The notes under the pieces: generated by a model | Database searches by the model: none | Seen by the model: the letters and a program-made list of their open reading frames with translations, nothing else | Told to the model about the DNA's origin: nothing | Assembly (NCBI RefSeq): GCF_000284115.1 | Contig: NC_017080.1 | Coordinates: forward strand, 1,290,001-1,322,000 | DNA: 32,000 nucleotides | Direction: 5' to 3' | Origin: Phycisphaera mikurensis NBRC 102666 | Lineage (GTDB): Bacteria > Planctomycetota > Phycisphaerae > Phycisphaerales > Phycisphaeraceae | Part shown: one piece after another, positions 9,636 through 19,020 of the stretch | Numbering within the stretch: the stretch's first letter is position 1 | How the letters are laid out: each line of letters starts with the position of its first letter | Program-made: the position numbers and the translations under genes

Positions 9636-9823
9636 GGCGGCCGGGGCGGTGCGGCCGGCCGCCGGGTCCGCGTTGCCGGCGATGAGGAGGGTCGGCTGGA
9701 GCACCGCGCCGCCCGCGACCGGCCCCGCTCCGGCCGCACCTGCGTCAGCTTCTAAGTCGCTGTTTCGCAACAACTTATTCGCCGGGGTTTGCGGCTGGAG
9801 ACCGTTTTCGGTAACCTGGCTCG

Positions 9824-11353
9824 ATGCCCAGACGCTCCCTCCCCGCCGCCACCGCGGCGACGGCTGTCGCCACGACCGACGCCACCGACGACGCGACGAC
9901 TCACGCTTCCGCTGCCTTCAAGCCTTCCGGGTCGGTCCGCGAGAAGGCGCCCTCCATCGCCGCCCAGCAGCTCTCGGCGCCCCCCGAGGCGATCCGGATC
10001 GACAACTACCAGGACGCCAAGGCGTGGCTGATGTCGCACGTCGACCACGAGCGGCTGCGCGTCGTCGACTACAGCGACGGGACGTTCGCGCTCGACCGCA
10101 TGCACGCCCTGCTCGGCCTGCTCGGCGACCCGCACCTGGAGGTGCAGACCGTGCACGTCGCCGGCACCAAGGGAAAGGGCTCGACCTGCTCGATGCTCGC
10201 GTCGATGCTGCGGGCCTGCGGGTACACGACCGGCCTGTACACCTCGCCGCACCTCATCGACCTCCGCGAACGGATCACGATCAACGACCACATGATCCCC
10301 TACGCGGAGGCCGCCGAGGGGCTCCGGCGGATCGCCGCCGCCGAGCAGGAGCTCGGCTTCGGGCTCACCTTCTTCGAGGTGATGACGGCCCTGGCCTTCG
10401 TGCACTTCGCCGAGAACGCGATCGACATCGCCGTGCTGGAGACCGGACTCGGCGGCCGGCTCGACTGCACCAACGTCTGCCAGCCGCTGGTCACCGGCAT
10501 CACCTCGATCAGCCTCGACCACACCGCGCTGCTTGGCGACACGCTCCCGGAGATCGCCCGCGAGAAGGCGGGGATCTTCAAGGACGGCGTGCCGGCGCTG
10601 TCGGTGGAGCAGCCCAAGGAGGTCGTCAAGACGCTCAAGGAGTGCGCCGAGGAGGCAAACACCGCCGTGCACTTCGTGGGCAAGGACGTCGACTTCTCGT
10701 ACCGCTTCGAGAGCAGCCGCGAGCTGGGCCCGCACACCCGCGTCTGCCTGGCCACCAAGCAGAACCGCTTCGACCACCTCGCCGTGCCGCTGCCCGGCGA
10801 GCACCAGGCCCACAACTGCGGCCTCGCGCTGGCGATGCTCGACCGTCTCAAGGAGCACGGCTTCTCCGTGAAGGAAGAGCAGGTCTTCCGCGGCCTCCAG
10901 AACACGCGCCTGCACGGCCGCATGGAGATGGTCTGGGAGACGCCGCGGGTCATCATCGACGGGGCCCACAACGGGTCGAGCATCGAGGCGCTCATCAAGA
11001 GCCTCGGCGCCCACATCAAGTACGACTCGCTGGTGATGATCTTCGGCTGCAACGACGACAAGGACGTCCCGGCGATGCTCCGCGAGGTCGGCCTCGGCGC
11101 CGACAAGGTCCTCTTCACCAAGAGCAAGAGCAACGTGCGGGCGGCGGAGCCGACCTCCCTGGAGTCGCGCTTCGAGGAGGTGAGCGGGAAGATGGCGCAG
11201 GTGTGCCCGACGCTCGAGGACGCGCTGAAGGTCGCCGCCCGGGCCGTCGGCCGCGACGACCTCATCGTGATCTGCGGGAGCTTCTACCTCGCCGGGGAGG
11301 CCCGGAAGTACTTCCTCGAGGCGAAGAAGCGGGTCGAGAAGCAGAAGGGCTAG
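9824..11353 (+). CDS. folC: Folylpolyglutamate/dihydrofolate synthase
   Basis: 509 aa. VAGTKGKGSTCSMLASMLRACGYTTGLYTSPHLIDLRERI, ETGLGGRLDCTNV, ITSISLDHTALLGDTLPEIAREKAGI, IIDGAHN. Exact start uncertain (Thr/Ala-rich N-terminus). Confidence 0.93.
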   Translation: MPRRSLPAATAATAVATTDATDDATTHASAAFKPSGSVREKAPSIAAQQLSAPPEAIRIDNYQDAKAWLMSHVDHERLRVVDYSDGTFALDRMHALLGLLGDPHLEVQTVHVAGTKGKGSTCSMLASMLRACGYTTGLYTSPHLIDLRERITINDHMIPYAEAAEGLRRIAAAEQELGFGLTFFEVMTALAFVHFAENAIDIAVLETGLGGRLDCTNVCQPLVTGITSISLDHTALLGDTLPEIAREKAGIFKDGVPALSVEQPKEVVKTLKECAEEANTAVHFVGKDVDFSYRFESSRELGPHTRVCLATKQNRFDHLAVPLPGEHQAHNCGLALAMLDRLKEHGFSVKEEQVFRGLQNTRLHGRMEMVWETPRVIIDGAHNGSSIEALIKSLGAHIKYDSLVMIFGCNDDKDVPAMLREVGLGADKVLFTKSKSNVRAAEPTSLESRFEEVSGKMAQVCPTLEDALKVAARAVGRDDLIVICGSFYLAGEARKYFLEAKKRVEKQKG

Positions 11354-11510
11354 CGCACCGTGCGCAATTTTCCGATCGGCCTGCGTCCGCGCGTCGTGTT
11401 CCTCGTGAGGAGGCGAAGCAGCCCTGCCCCTGCAGGGGGATGCAGCCGACGAAGCGAGGGGCACGACTCGCCCGCAGAGGCGATCGGAAAATTGCGCAAG
11501 GTGCGCTAGC
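11349..11510. repeat. MITE-like imperfect palindromic element with 30-bp terminal inverted repeats
   Basis: Left TIR GCTAGCGCACCGTGCGCAATTTTCCGATCG (11349-11378). Right TIR (11481-11510) reverse-complements to GCTAGCGCACCTTGCGCAATTTTCCGATCG (29/30). The interior is also partly palindromic around CCCCTGCAGGGG. Flanked by AGG on both sides. Confidence 0.85.
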
Positions 11511-11598
11511 AGGCCGCGGGAGGGCGACGACCGGAGCACCCGGCGGCGGCGGGGGGAGAGCGAGGAAGGGGAGCTGGGGAGGAAGCTGCGTCCGCGGA

Positions 11599-12978
11599 TC
11601 AGGTCAGCAGGCGCCCGGCCGCCGGGCCGTCCGCCGTGCAGCGGCCCCGCTCGGCCACCGCCACGCCGGCGGCGATCGTGAGGCGGGGCCCGCCCACGAG
11701 CTCTTGCCCCTCGAAGGCCGAGTAATCCACGTTCATCTCGTGCGTCGCCGCCGAGACCGTCCGCGTCTGCTCCGGGTCCCACACCACCACGTCCGCGTCG
11801 GCCCCGGCGTGCAGCGAGCCCTTTCCCGCGAGGCCGAAGCACGCGGCCGCGGCCGCCGAGAGCAGCCCCACGAAGCGGCAGGCGTCGAGCCTGCCGCTCC
11901 GGACCCCGTGGTGCCAGAGCAGGGCGGGGCGGTGCTCGATCGACGGGATGCCGTTGGGGATCGTCGTGAAGTCGCCCTCCGGCGGGCGGCCCATCTCCTT
12001 CTGGCCGGCGAAGTCGAAGGGCGCGTGATCGGTCGCGACCGTCGAGATCTCGCCGGTCCGCAGCGCGTGCCACAGGAACCGCTGGTGGTCCAGCGACCGG
12101 ATGGGCGGGCTCATCACGTACTTCGCGCCCTCGAACCCGGCGGCCTGCGCCGCCGTGTCGTCGAGCACGAGGTAGGGGATCACCGTCTCGAGCGTCACGT
12201 CCACGCCGCGACGCCGGAACGGCAACGCCGCCTCCACGGCGTCGCGGCAGGAGGTGTGGACCACGTAGCCGGTCGCGCCGGACTGCTCCAGGAAGGTGCA
12301 GAAGTGGGAGACGCCCGCGGCCTCCACCCCCACCGGACGCGACCGCTCGTGCGAGGCGGGGCCCGGCTCGCCCGCGGCCACCAGCCGGTTCTGCCCGGCG
12401 GCCACCAGCTCGGCGTTCTCGCAGTGGGCGCACACGACCACACCCAGCTCCGCCGCCAGCGAGCACACCCCCAAGAGCCCGGCGTCGTCGAGGTCAAACG
12501 CCCCCTTGTACGCGAGAAACACCTTGAAGCTGCGGATCCCGCCGGCGACCGCTTCGCGGAGCTGCCGCTCCACCTCCGCGTCCCAGCGAGACACACCCAG
12601 GTGGAAGCCGTAGTCGCACACGCTCGCCCCGGCGGCCCGCGCCGACCAATCCGCGAGCGCCTCTCCGGGCGAATCGTCGTGGGCCGGGCACACCATCTCC
12701 AGGTACGCCGTGGTCCCGCCCGCGACCGCGGCCCGCGAGGCCGTCGCGTGGGTGTCCTTGGCGGCCGTGCCCATGAACGGCAGATGAACGTGGACGTGCG
12801 GATCCACGAAGCCGGGCATGACGAGGCAGCCGGCGGCGTCGACCACCTCCGCGGACGGCGCCTCGCTCGGCTCGATCGTCTTCGCGATCCGCGACACGGT
12901 CCCGCCCTCGAGCAGGACGTCGCCGTGGAAGCGGGCATCGGCGTTGACGACCTCGCCGTTTCGGATGAGCAGCGGCAT
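11599..12978 (-). CDS. hydA: D-hydantoinase / dihydropyrimidinase
   Basis: MPLLIRNGEVVNADARFHGDVLLEGG..., MPGFVDPHVHVHLPF, GIRSFKVFLAYKG (candidate carboxylated Lys), AHCENAELV, VVHTSC, TVATDHAPFDFAGQKEMG. Start at 12978 chosen inside track ORF 11599..14346. Confidence 0.92.
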   Translation of the reverse strand: MPLLIRNGEVVNADARFHGDVLLEGGTVSRIAKTIEPSEAPSAEVVDAAGCLVMPGFVDPHVHVHLPFMGTAAKDTHATASRAAVAGGTTAYLEMVCPAHDDSPGEALADWSARAAGASVCDYGFHLGVSRWDAEVERQLREAVAGGIRSFKVFLAYKGAFDLDDAGLLGVCSLAAELGVVVCAHCENAELVAAGQNRLVAAGEPGPASHERSRPVGVEAAGVSHFCTFLEQSGATGYVVHTSCRDAVEAALPFRRRGVDVTLETVIPYLVLDDTAAQAAGFEGAKYVMSPPIRSLDHQRFLWHALRTGEISTVATDHAPFDFAGQKEMGRPPEGDFTTIPNGIPSIEHRPALLWHHGVRSGRLDACRFVGLLSAAAAACFGLAGKGSLHAGADADVVVWDPEQTRTVSAATHEMNVDYSAFEGQELVGGPRLTIAAGVAVAERGRCTADGPAAGRLLT

Positions 12979-13179
12979 GGGGTGTTCCTCGGGGCGGGCG
13001 GGTGCAGGCGCTCCCGTTGTACGGCGCCGGCTCTCGATGCCGCGGCCACGGCCCACGGGGCCCGACCGCAAGTTGTCCGATTGTCCACACGTTTTCCGGC
13101 GTCGGCCCGCCGCTCCGGTCGGGAAGGAGGAGCAGCCGCTAGCGTGCGACTCATGAGGAGTTCCCCTACTGGTTGTTCC

Positions 13180-15360
13180 ATGCGCGCGGTCGTCTGCCTG
13201 GTGCTCGTCGCGGCGGCTTCTCCCGCCTCGGCCGACGCCTTCGACGCTCCCGCGGGCTTCTACGACGGCGTCGGGGGCACCGGCGCCTCGCTGGAGCGGG
13301 ACCTCCGCGAGCGCATGAGCCGCGGGCACAACCAGAGCCGCTACGGCGACATGAAGGATTCCGCCGCGATCCTCGACGCCGATCCCGAGCGTCCCGGTTT
13401 CCTGCTCACCGCGTACGACCGGCAGTCGGTGAGGGCTCGGTGGGACGGCGGACGCACCTGGAACCGCGAGCACGTCTGGCCGCAGAGCCGGCAGCCCGGC
13501 TCGGCGCGCGACTCCAGCCGCGGCAACCTCGGCGACCAGCACGCCCTCCGGCCCGCCGACCCGAGGCTCAACAGCAGCCGCGGCAACGAGCACTTCGTGG
13601 GCGCCGGGCTCACCGGCGGCCCCCGCCGCACCGGCGGCGGCTTCTTCCCCGGCACCGCGGACCGCGGCGACGTGGCCCGCTCGCTCTTCTACTCCTCCAC
13701 CCGCTACGGCCTCGGGCTTGTCCGGGGAGAGCCCGGCGGGCAGCAGATGGGCGACCTGGACACGCTGGTCGCGTGGCACTACCTCGACACGCCCGACGAC
13801 TTCGAGCGGCGGCGGAACCACGCCGTCTACAGCCGGGACCTCAACCCGCGCTTCTTCCAGAACAACCGCAACGCCTACGTCGACCTCCCCGAGGCGGTGT
13901 GGAGCGTCTTCGTCGATCAGCGCAACGACTCCCGCCTGTCCCTCGCCGGCGCGGCGACCGATGCCGACGGCGGCTCGGCCCGCACCCAGCGCGAGACCGT
14001 CTACCGCGGCGCGAGCCCGTCGCGTGCCGGCGGCACCCTCGGCCTGGCCGCCGAGGGGGTCGATCCCACCTACTACCGCGTGACCGCGGCGGGCGTGCTG
14101 TCGCTGACCGATCCTTCCGGAGACGGCGACGCCACGACCCTCCGCGCGGCCGTCGGCCCCGCCGCGTTCGACGCCGGCCCGGCCCCGGTGGGTTACCGCG
14201 TCGCCGGCGGGCTCTCCGCCACCGCCGGCCGCAAGGCCGGCAGCCTGACGCTGGACAACCTCGACCTCACAACCGACGGCGGCCGCGGACGCGGGGCCAA
14301 CGACGCCGACGACGTCTTCACCTACGAGCTGACGGTGCTCGACCACGCGACGGCCTCGCTCGCCGCCGGCGAGACCCGCCGAAGCGGCTCGCTGGACCTG
14401 GGGGTCGTCGCCCTGGGCGGCCCCGGCTTCGCGGAGGACGTCGCCGTCTTCAACCGCTCGGGCACGCCCGGCTTCACCGCCGACCTGCTCGCCGACGGGA
14501 CGCGCAGCGACGACGCCCGCGTCAGCGCCGGCTCCTTCGGGACCGTCGCCGGCGGCGCGGCGGGCACGGCCCGCGTCTTGCTCCGCGGCGACCGCCTCGG
14601 CTCCGTGGACGCCCGCGTGAGCCTCGACGCCCGCGAGCCGGCCTTCGCCGGGCAGCGGCCGATCGAGGGGCTGGACCTCAGCGTCACCGGCCGGGTCGCC
14701 CTTGGCGGTGATGCGACCCTCGACGGCCGCGTCGACGCCCGCGACGCCGCGGCGCTGCGGGCCGGCCGCCTCGCCGGCGCCGATGCGTGGACCGGCGGCG
14801 ACTTCGACCGCGACGCCGACGTCGACGCCGACGACCTGCTGGTCTTCGCCGCCGGCTTCGGCACTGTCGAGAACGCCGGCGAGGCCGCCCGCGCCGGCGG
14901 CCCCGCCGCGGGCAGCGGCGACGCGGTCCTCGCCGCCGGGGCGAACGCGTCGGCCGGCGACGGCTCGGCCGACTTCCTCTACGACGTGCTCACCGGCGAC
15001 TTCTTCGTCGACGCCGACGGCGAGAGCCTCTGGTCGGTCTCGGTGACCACGCTCGCCGACGCCTCCGCCGCCGGCTCGCCCGCCGCGGACTGGGCCTTCG
15101 CCGACTTCGGCAACCAGCTGGAGCTGACCGACCGCTCCGCGGGCGCGGCCGCCACCGACGGGTCCTTCCTGTTCGCCTCGCTCACCGCCGGCCTCACGGC
15201 CGACGCCTTCGGCGGCGTCTCCTACTTCAGCCTCGCGTCCGACACCGCCCGGACCGGGGGCGTCGTCCTGCTGATCCCCGAGCCCGGCACGCTCGCCGGC
15301 GCCGCGGTGCTTCTGGTCTTCGCCTCCCGCCGGCCGCGGACCGCGGGCGCTTCGGCCTGA
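13180..15360 (+). CDS. Secreted endonuclease I-family nuclease with dockerin-like segment and PEP-CTERM-like C-terminus
   Basis: Signal peptide MRAVVCLVLVAAASPASADA; endonuclease I motifs WNREHVWPQS and GDQHALRPADPRLNSSRGN; dockerin-like GDATLDGRVDARDAAALR...GGDFDRDADVDADDLLVF; C-term IPEPGTLAGAAVLLVFASRRPR. An alternative in-frame start is at 13153 (MRSSPTGCSM..). Confidence 0.85.
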   Translation: MRAVVCLVLVAAASPASADAFDAPAGFYDGVGGTGASLERDLRERMSRGHNQSRYGDMKDSAAILDADPERPGFLLTAYDRQSVRARWDGGRTWNREHVWPQSRQPGSARDSSRGNLGDQHALRPADPRLNSSRGNEHFVGAGLTGGPRRTGGGFFPGTADRGDVARSLFYSSTRYGLGLVRGEPGGQQMGDLDTLVAWHYLDTPDDFERRRNHAVYSRDLNPRFFQNNRNAYVDLPEAVWSVFVDQRNDSRLSLAGAATDADGGSARTQRETVYRGASPSRAGGTLGLAAEGVDPTYYRVTAAGVLSLTDPSGDGDATTLRAAVGPAAFDAGPAPVGYRVAGGLSATAGRKAGSLTLDNLDLTTDGGRGRGANDADDVFTYELTVLDHATASLAAGETRRSGSLDLGVVALGGPGFAEDVAVFNRSGTPGFTADLLADGTRSDDARVSAGSFGTVAGGAAGTARVLLRGDRLGSVDARVSLDAREPAFAGQRPIEGLDLSVTGRVALGGDATLDGRVDARDAAALRAGRLAGADAWTGGDFDRDADVDADDLLVFAAGFGTVENAGEAARAGGPAAGSGDAVLAAGANASAGDGSADFLYDVLTGDFFVDADGESLWSVSVTTLADASAAGSPAADWAFADFGNQLELTDRSAGAAATDGSFLFASLTAGLTADAFGGVSYFSLASDTARTGGVVLLIPEPGTLAGAAVLLVFASRRPRTAGASA

Positions 15361-15365
15361 AAACG

Positions 15366-15411
15366 CCGGCGGTCCGCGGCCTCGGGTCGCGAGCGGGCCG
15401 CGGCCCGCCGG
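15366..15411. terminator. Bidirectional terminator-like hairpin between convergent genes
   Basis: CCGGCGGTCCGCGGCC (15366-15381) pairs with GGCCGCGGCCCGCCGG (15396-15411), 15/16, 14-nt loop. It fills the gap between the nuclease stop (15360) and the leuS stop (15413). Confidence 0.6.
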
Positions 15412-15412
15412 G

Positions 15413-18355
15413 TCAGCCCGCCACGAAGTTGACGAGCTTTCCGGGCACGATGACCACCTTCTTCACGTCCAGCCCGTCGAGGTGGACGGCGACGTTCCCG
15501 TCGGCCCGGGCCGCGGCTTCCACGGCGTCGCGGTTGGCGTCGGCGGGCACCGTGACCCTCGCCCGCAGCTTCCCGTTCACCTGCACGGGCAGCTCCAGCG
15601 TGTCCTCCACCAGGTCGTCGGGGTCCGCGTCCGGCCAGGGCGCGTCGGCCACCGAGGCGTAGCGGCCCTCGTGGAGGCCCAGCCGCTCCCAGAGCTCCTC
15701 GGCCAGGTGCGGGGCCAGCGGGGCGAGCAGCGTGACCAGCGTGACGGCCGCCCGGTGCGGCACCGTCTCGCGGGCGACCAGGGCGTTGTTGAACTCGATC
15801 AGCGCCGAGACCGCCACGTTGAAGTGCATCTGGTCCATCGCCCGGCTCACGCGGTCGATCGTCCGAGCCATGAGCTTCCGCAGCTCGGCCTCCGGCTCGT
15901 CCTCGCTCACCAGCGGAGCGCCGCCCGGCGTCGACCCGCCCTCCGACGATCCCTCTCCCGGGGTGTCGTCGCCCACGAGGTTCCGCCAGACGCGGTTCAA
16001 GAAGCGGTGGACGCCGACGATGTCGGCCGTGTTCCAGACCTTGCTCTGCTCCAGCGGGCCCATGGACATCTCGTACAGCCGCAGCGTGTCGCAGCCGTAC
16101 GTCTGAATCACCGCGTCGGGCGAGACCGCGTTCTTGAGGCTCTTGCCCATCTTCCCGAAGTGCCGCGTGACCGGCCGGCCCTCGCACCGCAGCTCCAGCT
16201 CCGCCTCGTCCCGGTCCTGCACCTCCGCCGCGGGCTTCCCGCTCTTGGCGTCGACGACGGCGGAAGCCTCGACGCGGACGCCCTCGGCGTCCTCGTAGTA
16301 GAACGCCTGGATGTAGCCCTGCGGGAAGTACCGCCGGAACGGCTCGGGCGAGGAGACGTGGCCCAGGTCGAAGAGCACCTGGTGCCAGAACCGCGCGTAC
16401 AGCAGGTGCAGCACCGCGTGCTCGACGCCGCCGACGTACAGGTCGACGCCGGAGCGTTCCGGGTCGTCAGCCCCCATCCAGTACGCCTCCGCACCGGGAT
16501 CCACCAGGCGGTCGTCGTCCCCCGGCGACAGGTAGCGCAGGTAGTACCAGCAGGAGCCCGCCCAGTTGGGCATCGTGTTCAGCTCGCGGCTGTACTCGAC
16601 GCCGTCGAGGATCACCTTCCGCCACGCCACCGGCGCGCGGCCCAGCGGCGGCTCCGGCGGGGCGGTGCCGTCCTGCTCTTCCGGCGGGGCGGGCCGGAAG
16701 TCCTCCATCTCCGGCAGCTCCACCGGCAGGTCCGCCTCGTCCACCGGGCGGATCTCGCCGCCGGGGCCGTGCAGGATCGGGAACGGCTCGCCCCAGTACC
16801 GCTGCCGCGAGAACAGCCAGTCGCGCAAGCGGACCTGCGTCTTCTCGCGTCCCCGGCCTTCCTGCTCCAGGTAGCCGACGATGTCCTCGGTCGCCGTCGC
16901 CTGGTCCAGGCCGTTCAAGTCCAGCTCCGCGTTGGCGGAGTTCATCAGCGGGCCGGTTCCGGTCCAGGCTTCCAGATCCGTGTCGGTTCCGCCGGGCCCG
17001 TCGATCACCTGCACGATCGGCAGGTCGTGCTGCACCGCGAAGGCGTGGTCGCGCGTGTCGTGGGCCGGCACCGCCATGATCGCCCCGGTGCCGTAGCCCA
17101 TCAGCACGTAGTCGGCGATCCAAACCGGCAGCGGCTCGCCGTTGACGGGATTCACCGCGAAGCCACCCGTGGGGACGCCGGACTTGGTCTTCTTCCCGGG
17201 GAGTGATCCCGCCGCCGCCTGCCGCTCCTCGTCGCTCATCGCCGCGCAGCGGGCCACGTACGCGTCGACCGCCTCTTTCTGCTCCGGCGTCGTCAGGTCC
17301 TCCACCAGCGGGTGCTCGGGCGCGAGCACCATGTACGTCGCGCCGAACAGCGTGTCCGGCCGCGTCGTGAACACGGTGATCTTCTCGACCCGCCCCGCGT
17401 CGGCGTCGTCGCCGGCGGGCCCGGCGACGTCGAAATCCACCTCGGCCCCGGTGCTGCGGCCGATCCAGTTGCGCTGCAGCTGCTTCACCGGCTCGGGCCA
17501 GTCCAGCCCGTCGAGCCCGTCCTCCAGGCGCTCCGCGTACTCGGTGATCCGCAGCATCCACTGCTTCAGCGGCCGCTTCACCACCGGGTGGTTCCCCCGC
17601 TCGCTCCTGCCGTCCGCCTTCACCTCCTCGTTCGCCAGCACGGTCCCCAGCTTCGGGCACCAGTTGACCTCGACCTCGGCGAGGAAGGCCAGCCGCCGGC
17701 TGTCGAGCACGTCGTTCTGCTCGTCCTTGGAGAGCGTGTGCCACTTCCGCGCGCCGATCGGCAGGCCCGACAGCGCCGCCATGTCCTCGTCGATGCCCGA
17801 CCACACCAGCTCCCCGGTGATGCCCAGCAGGTAGTCCTCGCCCTCGAGCTTCTCGACGAGGTTGGAGATCGGCGCCGCTTTCTTCTCCACCGGGTCGAAG
17901 TAGCTGCCGTGCATCTGCAGGAACGCCCACTGCGTCCAGCGGACGAAGCCCGGATCCGTCGTCGCCAGCCGCCGCGACCAGTCGTAGCCCAGGCCGAGGC
18001 TTTTCAGCTGCGCGACCATCGTCTCGATGTTCTTCTCGGTCGTCACCCGCGGGTGCACGTTGTGCTCGATCGCGAACTGCTCCGCCGGCAACCCGAAAGC
18101 GTCGAAGCCCATCGGGTGCAGCACGTTGAAGCCCTTCATCCGCTTGTGGCGGGCGACGATGTCGGTGGCGATGTACCCCAGCGGGTGCCCCACGTGCAGG
18201 CCCACGCCCGAGGGGTACGGGAACATGTCCAGCACGTAGAAGGGCGGCGCGTCCGCGTTGAAGCCCGCGTCCCCGGGATTGGGCGTCTTGAAGGTCCGAT
18301 TCGCCTCCCAGCGACGCTGCCAGCGGGACTCGATCTCGGCGAAGGGGTAGGCCAT
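15413..18355 (-). CDS. leuS: Leucyl-tRNA synthetase
   Basis: 980 aa. MFPYPSGVGLHVGHPLGY (HIGH-like), GFNVLHPMGFDAFGLPAEQ, WSGIDEDM editing region, FGKMGKSLKNAVSPD (KMSKS-like, KMGKS). Confidence 0.96.
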   Translation of the reverse strand: MAYPFAEIESRWQRRWEANRTFKTPNPGDAGFNADAPPFYVLDMFPYPSGVGLHVGHPLGYIATDIVARHKRMKGFNVLHPMGFDAFGLPAEQFAIEHNVHPRVTTEKNIETMVAQLKSLGLGYDWSRRLATTDPGFVRWTQWAFLQMHGSYFDPVEKKAAPISNLVEKLEGEDYLLGITGELVWSGIDEDMAALSGLPIGARKWHTLSKDEQNDVLDSRRLAFLAEVEVNWCPKLGTVLANEEVKADGRSERGNHPVVKRPLKQWMLRITEYAERLEDGLDGLDWPEPVKQLQRNWIGRSTGAEVDFDVAGPAGDDADAGRVEKITVFTTRPDTLFGATYMVLAPEHPLVEDLTTPEQKEAVDAYVARCAAMSDEERQAAAGSLPGKKTKSGVPTGGFAVNPVNGEPLPVWIADYVLMGYGTGAIMAVPAHDTRDHAFAVQHDLPIVQVIDGPGGTDTDLEAWTGTGPLMNSANAELDLNGLDQATATEDIVGYLEQEGRGREKTQVRLRDWLFSRQRYWGEPFPILHGPGGEIRPVDEADLPVELPEMEDFRPAPPEEQDGTAPPEPPLGRAPVAWRKVILDGVEYSRELNTMPNWAGSCWYYLRYLSPGDDDRLVDPGAEAYWMGADDPERSGVDLYVGGVEHAVLHLLYARFWHQVLFDLGHVSSPEPFRRYFPQGYIQAFYYEDAEGVRVEASAVVDAKSGKPAAEVQDRDEAELELRCEGRPVTRHFGKMGKSLKNAVSPDAVIQTYGCDTLRLYEMSMGPLEQSKVWNTADIVGVHRFLNRVWRNLVGDDTPGEGSSEGGSTPGGAPLVSEDEPEAELRKLMARTIDRVSRAMDQMHFNVAVSALIEFNNALVARETVPHRAAVTLVTLLAPLAPHLAEELWERLGLHEGRYASVADAPWPDADPDDLVEDTLELPVQVNGKLRARVTVPADANRDAVEAAARADGNVAVHLDGLDVKKVVIVPGKLVNFVAG

Positions 18356-18481
18356 CCGGGCAGCCTAGAGAGACGCCAAGTCCGCCAGATGCCGGCCGGT
18401 TGGAGGTCCGGGCGCGGGTTGCAGACAAACCGTGCATCAGCGGGACGCTCCGAGGGTGAAGACCCCTTGCTTGGACGGTGA

Positions 18482-18616
18482 CGGCATGGCATCGTCGATC
18501 CCAGCCACGTGGTGCTGACCGCCTTCGTCGTCCCCGAACCCGCCACCGCGGCGATCCTCGGCCTCGCCGGCTCGGCCCCCTCAAGCCGCCGCCCGCGACC
18601 CGGCGCGGGCCGCTGA
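18482..18616 (+). pseudogene. Relic of a PEP-CTERM protein C-terminus
   Basis: The frame after the TGA at 18479-18481 reads RHGIVDPSHVVLTAFVVPEPATAAILGLAGSAPSSRRPRPGAGR*. VPEPATAAILGLAG plus an Arg-rich tail resembles a PEP-CTERM signal, with no long upstream ORF in frame. Confidence 0.45.
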
Positions 18617-19020
18617 AGCCGACCCGCCATCCAGCCCCCTCGCATACAAGCCGGCGAGGCGGCGTCGCCGCTCCGCCCGCGCAGCTCTCCCGGCCGGCGC
18701 GGAGGCAGCGGAGGAGCCGATCGTGCGGAGTTGCTTCCATCCGGCTTTGCCTCCTCCGCGTGAAGGAGCACCGCTGCCCACCCGCCGACCGGTCTCCAGC
18801 CGCGGACTGTGGAGCCGCACGGCTAGATTCACCGACGGTCCGCGGTGGCGGAGCCTCATCCGGCGGACCCGATGCCCCGCTTCCCGAGCGATCGCGGAAC
18901 GGCCGGCACGTCCCGGACGCGGGTTGCTCATGGTGTCTGCATCGCCTCCTGCGGTCGGCGGAGCGCGGCCCGTGCCGGAAGGATCCCGCAGAGCCGCGCG
19001 GCGATGACGGAGCCACGAAC

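Noticed and set aside
5448-9773. 1441-aa + strand ORF antisense to the HEAT-like gene and dus
   Set aside because: Arg/Gly/Ala-rich low-complexity translation with no recognisable motifs, opposite well-supported genes.
9649-15360. 1903-aa + strand ORF in the supplied track
   Set aside because: Only its last part (from 13180) is a real nuclease gene. The rest runs out of frame through folC and antisense to the hydantoinase, a typical high-GC absence-of-stop artefact.
15482-17206. 574-aa + strand ORF opposite leuS
   Set aside because: Antisense shadow of leuS, with no domain-like features.
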